From NCBI GenBank assembly GCA_026415985.1, contig JAOAGA010000001.1, positions 1 to 60,163 on the forward strand: a stretch of 60,163 nt of DNA. The letters run 5' to 3'. Below the pieces are notes generated by a model. It was not told where the DNA came from and did not search any database. It saw only the letters and a program-made list of their open reading frames with translations. Positions 9,606 through 18,977 of the stretch are shown one piece after another; position 1 is the stretch's first letter, and each line of letters opens with the position of its first letter. The position numbers and the translations under genes are program-made. The stretch is from Pseudomonadota bacterium. GTDB lineage: Bacteria > CALINM01.

Positions 9606-10265
9606 ATGACTCTTAAAATTGGCGTCCTTGTGTCGGGAAGTGGATCAAATTTACAGGCAATCATTGATAATATTGAAGAAGGAAAAATAAAAGCTGAGAT
9701 AGCAGTTGTTATCTCAAATGTTTCAGGTGTATATGCCTTAGAGAGGGCAAAAAGGCATAATATTAATACTGAGGTGATAAATCACAGGGATTTCAAAAGC
9801 AGAGAGGATTTTGACAGAAAACTTGTGGAAATACTGAAAAGCTACAATGTTGAGCTTGTTGTTATGGCCGGTTTTTTAAGGGTAATTACCAAAGTTCTTT
9901 TAGACGCCTTTCCTATGAGGGTTATGAATATTCATCCCGCATTACTTCCTGCCTTTCCGGGCCTTCATGTTCAGAAACAGGCTTTAGATTATGGAGTTAA
10001 GTTTGCAGGGTGTACAGTCCATTTTGCCGATGAAGGGGTTGATTCAGGTCCCATTATAATTCAGGGGATTGTTCCTGTGCTCGATAACGATACCGACGAG
10101 ACCTTGAGTCAGAGAATACTTAAGGTTGAACACAGGATATATCCAATGGCAATAAAACTATATTCTGAAGGAAGAATAAAAGTTTCAGGCAGAAAGGTCT
10201 ATATTGACCCACCCTTAAAAATTGAGGAAGGTAGTTTTCTAACAAACCCTCCAGTAGATATTTAA
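9606..10265 (+). CDS. purN: phosphoribosylglycinamide formyltransferase
   Basis: GVLVSGSGSNLQAI and NIHPALLPAFPG...GCTVHFADEGVDSGPII. ATG 9606 has GAGG 9 nt upstream; the track starts at GTG 9591. Confidence 0.95.
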   Translation: MTLKIGVLVSGSGSNLQAIIDNIEEGKIKAEIAVVISNVSGVYALERAKRHNINTEVINHRDFKSREDFDRKLVEILKSYNVELVVMAGFLRVITKVLLDAFPMRVMNIHPALLPAFPGLHVQKQALDYGVKFAGCTVHFADEGVDSGPIIIQGIVPVLDNDTDETLSQRILKVEHRIYPMAIKLYSEGRIKVSGRKVYIDPPLKIEEGSFLTNPPVDI

Positions 10266-10274
10266 AAAATGAAA

Positions 10275-11309
10275 CTAAATTATCTCTATGGCCTGTTCGT
10301 TATCTCTTTTTACAATCTCTCCGATAAGATAGGAATCTATTCCGTTATGTTTTAAAAAAGACAGGATGTCTTCTGCGGTATCATTTTTAACAACCATTAT
10401 CATACCGATACCGCAATTAAAGGTCCTCATCATCTCCAAATCATCAATATTGCCAAGCCACTGCATAAACTTGAAAACCGGTAGCCACTCGAAATTATGC
10501 TTTTTTATAATCGCCTTTGCATTATGAGGTAGTATTCTTGGTATATTATCAATAAAACCGCCCCCTGTTATGTGTGCTATTCCTTTAACCTCGAAATTCT
10601 TTGTTGTATTTAAAACTGCTTTGACATAAATTTTAGTAGGGGTAAGAAGTTCTTCTATAAGTGGTTTTGAGAGGTCTTCTATATAAGAATCAATCTTGTA
10701 TTTGTGAATATCAAAAAACAGTTTTCTGACCAACGAGTAACCGTTACTGTGGATGCCGGAAGACTTTAGACCTATTATTACATCTCCAACGGTTATGGTG
10801 CTTCCGTCTATAATATTATCTTTATCAACAATGCCTACTCCAAAACCCGCCAGATCATACTCATTTTCTGCGTAAAATCCCGGCAACTCTGCTGTTTCGC
10901 CACCAATCAGGGCACATCCCGCTTCTTTACATCCTTTGGCAATGCCTTCGATTACCTTTTCTGCTACATCAGCAGAAAGTTTACCACAGGCAAAATAATC
11001 AAGGAAAAAAGCAGGTTCTGCATTACTGACAATGATATCATTTACAACCATTGCAACCAAATCAATTCCCACGGTGTTATGTATACCGCTCATAAAGGCT
11101 AATTTGAGTTTTGTTCCGACCCCATCGGTGCTTGATACCAGAACAGGGTTTTTAAACTTATCTGAATTGACACGAAAAAATGCTGAGAAGCTCCCTATAT
11201 CCGTCATTACCTCGCTTCTAAAGGTTTCTTTACACAGGGGTTTTATTCTTCTAACAAGCTCGTTGCCTTCATCAATATCAACACCAGCGTCTTTATAACT
11301 AATGGCCAT
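10275..11309 (-). CDS. purM: phosphoribosylformylglycinamidine cyclo-ligase (AIR synthetase)
   Basis: MAISYKDAGVDIDEG..., DGVGTKL, GGETAE. The start is set at the internal Met because GGGAGG lies about 8 nt upstream; the track's 19-aa extension overlaps the upstream gene. Confidence 0.95.
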   Translation of the reverse strand: MAISYKDAGVDIDEGNELVRRIKPLCKETFRSEVMTDIGSFSAFFRVNSDKFKNPVLVSSTDGVGTKLKLAFMSGIHNTVGIDLVAMVVNDIIVSNAEPAFFLDYFACGKLSADVAEKVIEGIAKGCKEAGCALIGGETAELPGFYAENEYDLAGFGVGIVDKDNIIDGSTITVGDVIIGLKSSGIHSNGYSLVRKLFFDIHKYKIDSYIEDLSKPLIEELLTPTKIYVKAVLNTTKNFEVKGIAHITGGGFIDNIPRILPHNAKAIIKKHNFEWLPVFKFMQWLGNIDDLEMMRTFNCGIGMIMVVKNDTAEDILSFLKHNGIDSYLIGEIVKRDNEQAIEII

Positions 11310-11325
11310 CTTTAATTTACCTCCC

Positions 11326-11922
11326 TTAGGGTAGAGAAAAATCAAGGGTAATTTTCCCAAGAACACTTACAAAATTTAATGTTAAAACCTTATCTTTTGA
11401 GGGATCTATATGCTCTTTTTTAAAGTTGATATAGTAAGGTCTTGCCCAGTAATCCAGGTAAGGGAAATAATAGGTTAAAATATCTCTTTGTTCTTCAGCC
11501 TTTTTTACAGAGAAAGGTAAAATCCTTTTTCCATCAGAAGTTTCAAGATATATATTCCAGCTCGTATCGCTTTTTTCAAGGTCTATTAAACCTTCATTGG
11601 GAGTGTAAAAGGAGACAAAGAATCTCAGATAGTTGTTTACAAGAAAGTTTTCCCTGTCGAGGAACATTCTGAAATCTTCAGTTTTTGAGTATCTTTCTCT
11701 TTCGGTAAAATATGCTCTGATAAAAGAAGGTGTGAAAATGGTTGCCGTTACGAGGGCCTTTGTTTCAAACTGGTCATATAATTTAAATGTTCTTGTATAT
11801 TTTTTAAGTGTTTCTGTGTATTCTGTCTTTTCTGTTTTTGGTAGTGCACCAAGCTCTTTAAGCTCTCTTGCAGAGCAGGCGGATAAAATGAGGAAAAGAA
11901 TGATAAGAAAAAGTCTTTTCAT
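11326..11922 (-). CDS. hypothetical lipoprotein
   Basis: Lipobox LILSAC after MKRLFLIILF. Its ATG overlaps the pyrE stop (ATGA). No family recognised. Confidence 0.6.
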   Translation of the reverse strand: MKRLFLIILFLILSACSARELKELGALPKTEKTEYTETLKKYTRTFKLYDQFETKALVTATIFTPSFIRAYFTERERYSKTEDFRMFLDRENFLVNNYLRFFVSFYTPNEGLIDLEKSDTSWNIYLETSDGKRILPFSVKKAEEQRDILTYYFPYLDYWARPYYINFKKEHIDPSKDKVLTLNFVSVLGKITLDFSLP

Positions 11923-12464
11923 TTCAGGATATCGTCTCTTTTAAATATTGATATAAATTTTATCCCCTTTTCTCTGAAAAACTCATCAGCTCCCTCATCT
12001 CTGTCAAGTATTGCAAGAATCCCGAGTACATCAAAGCCAGATGAAAGGGCGATATTATAGGCCTTGTAGGAAGATTCTCCTGTTGTTACCACATCTTCAA
12101 TTATAACTACTTTTTTCAGATTATTTAAGTTTTTGTCTCCCTCTATCATCTTGGATAATCCGTGTTTTTTAGGTTCCTTACGGATTATAAATCCCATGAG
12201 AGGACTGTTTTTCAGATAGCTTTGATAAATCAATCCCGCTATTATGGGGTCTGCTCCTAAGGTTGGTCCTCCAACCGCCTCAACCTCACTAAACTCTTTT
12301 TTCAGGATCTCAAACATTATGTTTGATGTCAGATATAGCCCTTCAGGATGTAAGGTAACATTTCTCAAATCAACATAAAAATCACTTTCCCTGCCGGAAG
12401 CAAGGATAACCTTTTTCTTCTCATACCCCAGCTCTTTTATAATATTTAATAGTTTCTCTCTCAC
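11919..12464 (-). CDS. pyrE: orotate phosphoribosyltransferase
   Basis: ASGRESDFYVDLR and the PRPP-binding VVIIEDVVTTGES. The GTG start overlaps the purF stop (GTGA). Confidence 0.9.
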   Translation of the reverse strand: MREKLLNIIKELGYEKKKVILASGRESDFYVDLRNVTLHPEGLYLTSNIMFEILKKEFSEVEAVGGPTLGADPIIAGLIYQSYLKNSPLMGFIIRKEPKKHGLSKMIEGDKNLNNLKKVVIIEDVVTTGESSYKAYNIALSSGFDVLGILAILDRDEGADEFFREKGIKFISIFKRDDILK

Positions 12465-13864
12465 TCTTCCTCTCTCCTGAAAAGTTTTAGCTGTTCTATC
12501 TCTTCCTTCGGAAATTTCAGAGGATACTTTCCGGTAAAACAGGCATAGCAGAAGTCATCGGGGTTTTTAACCGCCTTCTTGAGGGCCTCGATTGACAAAT
12601 AGGCAAGGCTATCAGATGTGACGTATCTGTTTATCTCTTCTATGGTATGACTATTTGCAATAAGTTCATTATGGGTAGGTGTATCAATACCATAATAGCA
12701 GGGAGATATTATCGGAGGTGAGCTTATTCTGAAATGTATCTCCCTTGCCCCTGCATTTCGGATCATCTTTATTATCTTTCTGCTTGTTGTTCCTCTAACT
12801 ATAGAGTCGTCAATAACAACGACCCTTTTGTTTTTTAAGATAGAGGGATTGGCGTTGAGTTTGATTTTTACCCCAAAATGTCTGATAGACTGTTTGGGTT
12901 CAATAAAGGTTCTTCCGACATAGTGATTCCTGATGAGTCCCAGTTCCAAAGGTATTCCCGATTTTTGAGAAAAACCGATTGCAGAAGGTATTCCCGAATC
13001 TGGAACAGGTATTACTATATCAGCCACACAGGGAGAGTATTCATATAATAACTCACCTAATCTTTTTCTAACATTATAGACATTTTCACCAAAAATGAAG
13101 CTGTCTGGTCTGGCAAAATATATAAACTCAAATATACACTGTCTTTTAGGTTCCGCATCAAAGGGATAGTAGCTTTTAAGACCTCTGTTATCAATCACAA
13201 GCATCTCTCCGGGTTCTATCTCTCTTATAAACTCTGCCTCCATGATGTCAAAGGAGCAGGTCTCAGAAGCAACAAGATAGGCACGGCCAAGTCTTCCTAA
13301 ACACAATGGTCTGAAACCATTGGGGTCTCTGACTGCTATTAACTTACTTCCCGCTAAGATTACAAGACTATAGGCGCCTTTAATCTCTTTAAGGGCGTCA
13401 ATAACTCTGTCTTCAATAGTCGGTAACGGTGAGCGGGCAATAAGATGCATAATAACTTCTGTATCAGAGTTTGATTGGAATATGGCACCGCTGTCAACAA
13501 GCCTTTTTCGGGTTGGAACATCATTAATCAGATTACCATTGTGAGCAATGGAAAGGCCTCCCAAGGCATATTCCATAAGAAAGGGCTGACAATTTTTTAT
13601 GTTGCTTGAACCTGCGGTTGAGTATCTCACATGTCCTATGGCAATCTCCCCTTTAAGTGGTTCCAAAATATGATGTTTAAAGATATCTGCCACAAGCCCC
13701 ATCTGTCTGTGGATATGGAAACACTTTCCGTCAAATGATGTAATTCCCGCACTTTCCTGTCCTCTGTGCTGAAGTGCATAAAGGCCCAGATAAGTAAGAT
13801 TAGATGCCTCTGGATGTCCGAAAACACCGAAAACGCCACATTCCTCTTTTAAATAATCTGTCAT
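12461..13864 (-). CDS. purF: amidophosphoribosyltransferase
   Basis: N-terminal nucleophile CGVFGV, LQHRGQESAGI and the PRTase motif VVVIDDSIVRGTTS. Confidence 0.95.
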   Translation of the reverse strand: MTDYLKEECGVFGVFGHPEASNLTYLGLYALQHRGQESAGITSFDGKCFHIHRQMGLVADIFKHHILEPLKGEIAIGHVRYSTAGSSNIKNCQPFLMEYALGGLSIAHNGNLINDVPTRKRLVDSGAIFQSNSDTEVIMHLIARSPLPTIEDRVIDALKEIKGAYSLVILAGSKLIAVRDPNGFRPLCLGRLGRAYLVASETCSFDIMEAEFIREIEPGEMLVIDNRGLKSYYPFDAEPKRQCIFEFIYFARPDSFIFGENVYNVRKRLGELLYEYSPCVADIVIPVPDSGIPSAIGFSQKSGIPLELGLIRNHYVGRTFIEPKQSIRHFGVKIKLNANPSILKNKRVVVIDDSIVRGTTSRKIIKMIRNAGAREIHFRISSPPIISPCYYGIDTPTHNELIANSHTIEEINRYVTSDSLAYLSIEALKKAVKNPDDFCYACFTGKYPLKFPKEEIEQLKLFRREEE

Positions 13865-13867
13865 AGC

Positions 13868-14656
13868 CTACCTTAAATAGTTTATTGCATTTTTAAAAAT
13901 TTTCAAACCATCAGGCTCAGTTACATCCTCCCGTGTCCATCTTGGATGGTTTACAGGGTAGATAAATGCCTCAGGGTGTGGCATAAGCCCAAAAAGCCTA
14001 CCGCTATTATCACAAATACCCGCTATGGAGCGTAAAGAACCATTGGGGTTGTAAGGGTATTCTGCGGTAACATTATAACTTTCATCGGCATACTGAAGTA
14101 CCACCTGATAATTATCCATGATATTTGTAAGGGTATCATGCTCACAGAAAAATTTCCCTTCTCCATGTCTGACAGGCAAGTAAAGACCTTCAAGACCTTT
14201 TGTAAAGACACACTTGCTTTTTTTGTTAACTTTTAAGTAAACCCATCTATCCTCGAACTTTCCGGAATCATTGAAAGTAAGGGTTGCTCTCTGAACAAGA
14301 TCCGGTTTGGGCAGTATTCCTGCCTTTGTCATAAACTGAAAACCATTACAAATCCCGATCGCTAAGTTGTCCTTTGCCACAAATTCAAATAAATCATCTA
14401 CCAGCCTTTTTTGGGTATCCTTTATCTTTGCGTATTTAAATCTGTTTACCTGAACCTTTGCTGAGCCTAAATCATCTCCGTCGAGAAATCCACCGGGGAA
14501 TACAATAAGTTTGTAATCCTTTAAACGTTTATTGCCTTCTGTTAGTTCAGAGATATGAACGATATCTACTGATTTTGCACCAGCCAGTATAAGGGCGTTT
14601 CTCGATTCAAGCTCACAGTTAATTCCAAATCCTGCTAATACCAAACATTTTGCCAT
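13868..14656 (-). CDS. purQ: phosphoribosylformylglycinamidine synthase, glutaminase subunit (long PurQ form)
   Basis: Triad motifs GICNGFQ and MPHPE. It sits directly downstream of purL. Confidence 0.9.
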   Translation of the reverse strand: MAKCLVLAGFGINCELESRNALILAGAKSVDIVHISELTEGNKRLKDYKLIVFPGGFLDGDDLGSAKVQVNRFKYAKIKDTQKRLVDDLFEFVAKDNLAIGICNGFQFMTKAGILPKPDLVQRATLTFNDSGKFEDRWVYLKVNKKSKCVFTKGLEGLYLPVRHGEGKFFCEHDTLTNIMDNYQVVLQYADESYNVTAEYPYNPNGSLRSIAGICDNSGRLFGLMPHPEAFIYPVNHPRWTREDVTEPDGLKIFKNAINYLR

Positions 14657-14657
14657 A

Positions 14658-17624
14658 TTATAATTCCCTTAAGGTCTTTTGCCAGAATTCTTTCAGTATA
14701 TAAATATTTTCTTTGATAATGACCTTGTTTTTATATCTGATTTCTAAAAAGTCATTATCGGTTGTTGCACCAACAGGAGAAAAAGGTAAGCCTTTTAAGA
14801 AGTTTGTAATAAATTTATGACTTTCTCTCTTTGCTGTAAAGATAAATCTTCCCGCCGATTCGGAGAAAAGCCTGTATAGGTAATTTTCTTCACCTTCGTA
14901 AGGGATGTTTTCAAGGTCTATTTTAGCACCTAAACCACCGGAAAAGGCCATCTCAGCAATAGCAACCCCAAACCCACCATCGGAAATATCATGGCAGGCT
15001 GAGATAATGCCATCGGAGATGAGCTTATAAATCTTTTTGTAAAGCTCTACATTAACGGTGGAATTGACAGTGGGTATTTTACCCCCCCTTATCTTAAGTA
15101 GGTTGAGAAACTCAGAGCCTGCGAGCTCATCTTTTGTAAGCCCTGCAATATATATATTCTCACCGGGATTTTTAAAATCAAGAGTTTGTGTCTTTCTTAC
15201 ATCATCAATGATTCCGATGAGCGAAAACAGTAAGGTTGGAGGGATAGATATTTTAATATCCCCCATTATATAATCATTTTTCATTGAGTCTTTTCCGGAA
15301 ATACAGGGTATACCATAATCAAGGGTGTAGTCATAAAGTGCTTTATTTGCTCTTACAAGCTGGGCTAATTTGAACTCACCGTCGGGGTTTTTCTCGCTTT
15401 TTATCGGATCACACCAGCAGAAATTATCAAGGCAAGCCATATTATTAATATTGCCACCTACTGCTACAGCATTTCTTACAGCTTCATCAAGGGCAAGGGC
15501 TGACATGTTATAGGTATCATAATCACTGAATTTAGGACAGATGCCGTGTGATACAACTATGCCTTTGTAAGAATCAGGCAAAGGTTTGATTACTGCTGAA
15601 TCAGAGGGACCATCGTTAAACAGACCGGTAAGGGGTTTAATAACACTCATTCCCTGTACTTCATGGTCATATTTCCTTACTACTGACTCTTTACTGCAGA
15701 TATTAAGAGAAGAAAGGAGTTTTTTTAATATGAGCCCTGTATTATGCTTAGTCTTTAATAAGATTGGAATAGGTTTGTAAGGATTATTATATCTTGCAGT
15801 CAGCTTCATCTCCGGAAGACCATTATGAAGAAAATCGAGAGGTAAAAAAGCCACTGTCTTGCCGTTATAGAGGCAGTGAAAATAACCGGAATTTGTAAAT
15901 CTTCCTATTACAGTGGCTTCAACATCGTATTTTCTTGCAAGAGAAAGAAGTTTCTCAATGTTATCTGGCGGAACAGAAATGGTCATCCTTTCCTGTGATT
16001 CCGATACAAGTATCTCCCATGGGTTTAATCCTTCGTATTTGAGAGGAGCCTTGTCTAACTCAATCTCGCATCCACCCGACATTTGACTCATCTCCCCGAC
16101 GGAAGAAGAAAGGCCTCCTGCACCATTATCGGTAATGGCATTATAAAGCCCCATATCTCGGGCGATGTATAAAAAATCAGCCATCTTTTTCTGTGTAATA
16201 GGGTCGCCAATCTGAACAGCGGTAGCAGGTGAGCCCTCGTGAAGCTCTTCTGATGAGAAAGTGGCACCGTGAATACCATCTTTACCTATTCTCCCGCCAC
16301 ACATAACTATCAGGTCACCATTATTTATTTTTTTTATGTGTGAGGGGTTGCCATTAATCTCTTTTGGCATTATTCCACCGGTCCCGCAATAGACAAGAGG
16401 CTTGCCCAAAAATCTGTTATCAAAGACTATGCTACCGTTAATTGTTGGTATCCCGCTTTTGTTCCCTCCATGTTCCACTCCTGTTACTACTCCGTCGTAT
16501 ATCCTTCTGGGATGAAGTATCCGTGGTGGTAACTTTTCTTTGTAAAAGGGGTCGGCAAAACAAAATATATCGGTATTAAAGATTAACCTTGCTCCAAGTC
16601 CTGTTCCCAAAACATCTCTGTTAACACCTACAATACCTGTAAGGGCACCACCATAGGGGTCAAGGGCAGAAGGGCTGTTGTGGGTCTCAACTTTGAAAAC
16701 GAGATTATATTTTTCATCAAAAGAGATAACCCCTGCGTTATCTACAAATACTGAAACAAGAAAATTATCCTTTCTTTTTTTACCTATCTTTTCGGTCGAT
16801 GCCTTAATATACGTCTTAAACAGGCTTTTTATTGTTTCCTTTCTGCCATTTTCATCGTAATAATCTATTGTTGCATTAAAAATTTTGTGTTTACAATGTT
16901 CTGACCATGTTTGAGCTATCGATTCAAGCTCTACATCCGTTATCCTATGGTCAAGACCCTGTTTTTTTCTTAGCTGAATAATCTTTTTATTGTTAAGAAA
17001 GTTTTTTATTGCCTTCATCTCATCAATGTTCAGAGCAAGTAATCTGTTTTTTGAGAGAGATAGTAACTCTTCATCATTCATTGAGTTAAGATCAATTTTT
17101 TCAACTAAAATATCATTTTTTAGCGTTACTTTAGGTATGTATATTTGAACTTTTTGTCCTTTTTTATAAATTCTATAATATTCAATCAGAGGGTTGCATA
17201 AAAGCTCAAGGGCTATTGTTTTTAACTCTTTTTCAGTTATAGACCCTTTAAAAGAATAGAGCTTCGAGGTATAAACCTTATCTTGTTCCTTTAATTTTTT
17301 TCCAAGAAATGTCTCTATGGCAGACTTGGCGGTTTTACCAACATTGTCAGTAACTCCGGGGAGAAAACCGACTTCCAGGTAGATGTTATAACCAGGGGGT
17401 AGATTTGGGTTTATAAAGTAATCCTGAATTATAGGATCACAGAGAATAATTTTTGCAATATTTTCAATCTCATTTTTAGATAGCGGGGCATCTATTGTAA
17501 AGACATCACTTATTTGAATATCTACAGGGGTTAGATGGAGAAAGTCTGTAATTTTTCTTCTCAGTCCCTTTGCTAATGGGTTTTTAACTTCTTCTTTATA
17601 TCTAATCTCTACTCTGTAGGACAT
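14658..17624 (-). CDS. purL: phosphoribosylformylglycinamidine synthase, PurS-like N-terminal domains fused to PurL
   Basis: SEHCKHK, ETHNSPSALDPYGGA and DNGAGGLSS motifs. The roughly 230-aa N-terminal extension starts MSYRVEIRYKEEV (PurS-like). The start is set at the internal ATG with AAGGA upstream; the track ORF starts 18 codons earlier and overlaps purB. Confidence 0.9.
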   Translation of the reverse strand: MSYRVEIRYKEEVKNPLAKGLRRKITDFLHLTPVDIQISDVFTIDAPLSKNEIENIAKIILCDPIIQDYFINPNLPPGYNIYLEVGFLPGVTDNVGKTAKSAIETFLGKKLKEQDKVYTSKLYSFKGSITEKELKTIALELLCNPLIEYYRIYKKGQKVQIYIPKVTLKNDILVEKIDLNSMNDEELLSLSKNRLLALNIDEMKAIKNFLNNKKIIQLRKKQGLDHRITDVELESIAQTWSEHCKHKIFNATIDYYDENGRKETIKSLFKTYIKASTEKIGKKRKDNFLVSVFVDNAGVISFDEKYNLVFKVETHNSPSALDPYGGALTGIVGVNRDVLGTGLGARLIFNTDIFCFADPFYKEKLPPRILHPRRIYDGVVTGVEHGGNKSGIPTINGSIVFDNRFLGKPLVYCGTGGIMPKEINGNPSHIKKINNGDLIVMCGGRIGKDGIHGATFSSEELHEGSPATAVQIGDPITQKKMADFLYIARDMGLYNAITDNGAGGLSSSVGEMSQMSGGCEIELDKAPLKYEGLNPWEILVSESQERMTISVPPDNIEKLLSLARKYDVEATVIGRFTNSGYFHCLYNGKTVAFLPLDFLHNGLPEMKLTARYNNPYKPIPILLKTKHNTGLILKKLLSSLNICSKESVVRKYDHEVQGMSVIKPLTGLFNDGPSDSAVIKPLPDSYKGIVVSHGICPKFSDYDTYNMSALALDEAVRNAVAVGGNINNMACLDNFCWCDPIKSEKNPDGEFKLAQLVRANKALYDYTLDYGIPCISGKDSMKNDYIMGDIKISIPPTLLFSLIGIIDDVRKTQTLDFKNPGENIYIAGLTKDELAGSEFLNLLKIRGGKIPTVNSTVNVELYKKIYKLISDGIISACHDISDGGFGVAIAEMAFSGGLGAKIDLENIPYEGEENYLYRLFSESAGRFIFTAKRESHKFITNFLKGLPFSPVGATTDNDFLEIRYKNKVIIKENIYILKEFWQKTLREL

Positions 17625-17664
17625 CTTAATCCATCCTTCTTTTGATAAATACCATTTGGTATCC

Positions 17665-18963
17665 CTATTTTTCTTCAAAAACCCTTTTGAAAATAAAATC
17701 CACGTTTTTTAGATAATAATCTATATCAAAGGCACTTTCAACCTCTTTTTCTGATAATAATTTTTTTACATCTTTATCTTTTTTAATCAGTTCTTTGAAG
17801 TCAAGTCCTTCTTCCCAGCTTTTCATTGCGTTTCTCTGAACAACCTCGTAGGCGGTATCCCTTTTCATACCAGCTTCTGCGAGCATTAATAAAACTCTCT
17901 GAGAGTAAATAAGCCCCTTTGTAAGGTTTAAATTTCTGATCATATTTTCTGGATATACAATAAGATTTTTAATAAGACCGATTGTTCTGTGGATCATAAA
18001 ATCTAACAGAATTGTCGCATCAGGTCCTATAACCCTTTCGACAGAGCTGTGGCTTATATCTCTTTCATGCCAGAGGGCGACGTTTTCTAAGGCAGAAAGA
18101 GAATAGCTTCTGACAAGCCTTGACAATCCTGTAATGTTTTCTGAGAGTATGGGGTTTCTCTTATGGGGCATTGCTGAAGATCCCTTTTGTCCCTTTGAGA
18201 AAAACTCCTCTGCCTCTCTTACTTCTGTTCTCTGGAGATGTCTGATTTCTACAGCAATTTGTTCCAGTGTTCCTGCAACCACTGCTAATGTAGCAAAATA
18301 ATGGGCGTGTCTGTCTCTCTGAATAATCTGGGTAGATACAGGCTCTGGCTTAAGTCCTAATTTATTGCATACATAGTTTTCGACAAAAGGGTTAATATTA
18401 GCAAAATTACCTACCGCTCCGCTAATCTTACCGTAGCTTATGTCTTCAATAGCATCGGCCATCCTTTTTCTGTTTCTTCTCATACATTCATAAAAAAGGG
18501 CCATCTTTAATCCAAAGGTTGTTGGCTCTGCATGAATTCCGTGGGAACGACCGATAGTAGGTGTATCTTTGTACTGATAAGCCTTTTCTTTTAAAGTTAA
18601 AAGAAGCTCGTCAATGCCTTTGATAATTAGCTCTCCTGCCTGTTTTAGCTGAACCGCTAAAGATGTGTCAAGGACATCTGAAGACGTCATCCCATAGTGT
18701 AAATACCTTGAATTTTCTCCGATGTGTTCGTTTACAGAGGTCAGAAAGGCTATTACGTCGTGTTTTACTACTTTCTCAATCTCGTCAATTCTTTTAATAT
18801 CGAACTTAGCCCTTTTCTTAATCTCCCTTAATGCCCTGTCAGGGACCAATCCCAACTTGTTAAAGGCTTCTACAGCATATAACTCAATATCTAACCATAT
18901 TTTAAACCTGTTTTCTGCCTCCCAGATCTTTTTCATCTCTTCTCTGGTGTATCTTTCAATCAT
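17665..18963 (-). CDS. purB: adenylosuccinate lyase
   Basis: MIERYTREEM..., GMTSSDVLDT, SSAMPHKRNP signature. Confidence 0.95.
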   Translation of the reverse strand: MIERYTREEMKKIWEAENRFKIWLDIELYAVEAFNKLGLVPDRALREIKKRAKFDIKRIDEIEKVVKHDVIAFLTSVNEHIGENSRYLHYGMTSSDVLDTSLAVQLKQAGELIIKGIDELLLTLKEKAYQYKDTPTIGRSHGIHAEPTTFGLKMALFYECMRRNRKRMADAIEDISYGKISGAVGNFANINPFVENYVCNKLGLKPEPVSTQIIQRDRHAHYFATLAVVAGTLEQIAVEIRHLQRTEVREAEEFFSKGQKGSSAMPHKRNPILSENITGLSRLVRSYSLSALENVALWHERDISHSSVERVIGPDATILLDFMIHRTIGLIKNLIVYPENMIRNLNLTKGLIYSQRVLLMLAEAGMKRDTAYEVVQRNAMKSWEEGLDFKELIKKDKDVKKLLSEKEVESAFDIDYYLKNVDFIFKRVFEEK

Positions 18964-18977
18964 AATTTCCTCCGATA

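Noticed and set aside
11310-11366. N-terminal extensions offered by the ORF track (purM here; also purL 17625-17678, purN, pyrD, sucC, exbD, yjbQ).
   Set aside because: In each case an internal ATG preceded by a good SD reproduces the conserved family N-terminus. The longer forms overlap upstream genes.
13636-16279. Same-strand out-of-frame ORFs within purF, purQ and purL (13636-13839, 14023-14211, 16088-16279).
   Set aside because: They are short, embedded in conserved enzyme genes, and have no start context and no recognisable motifs.
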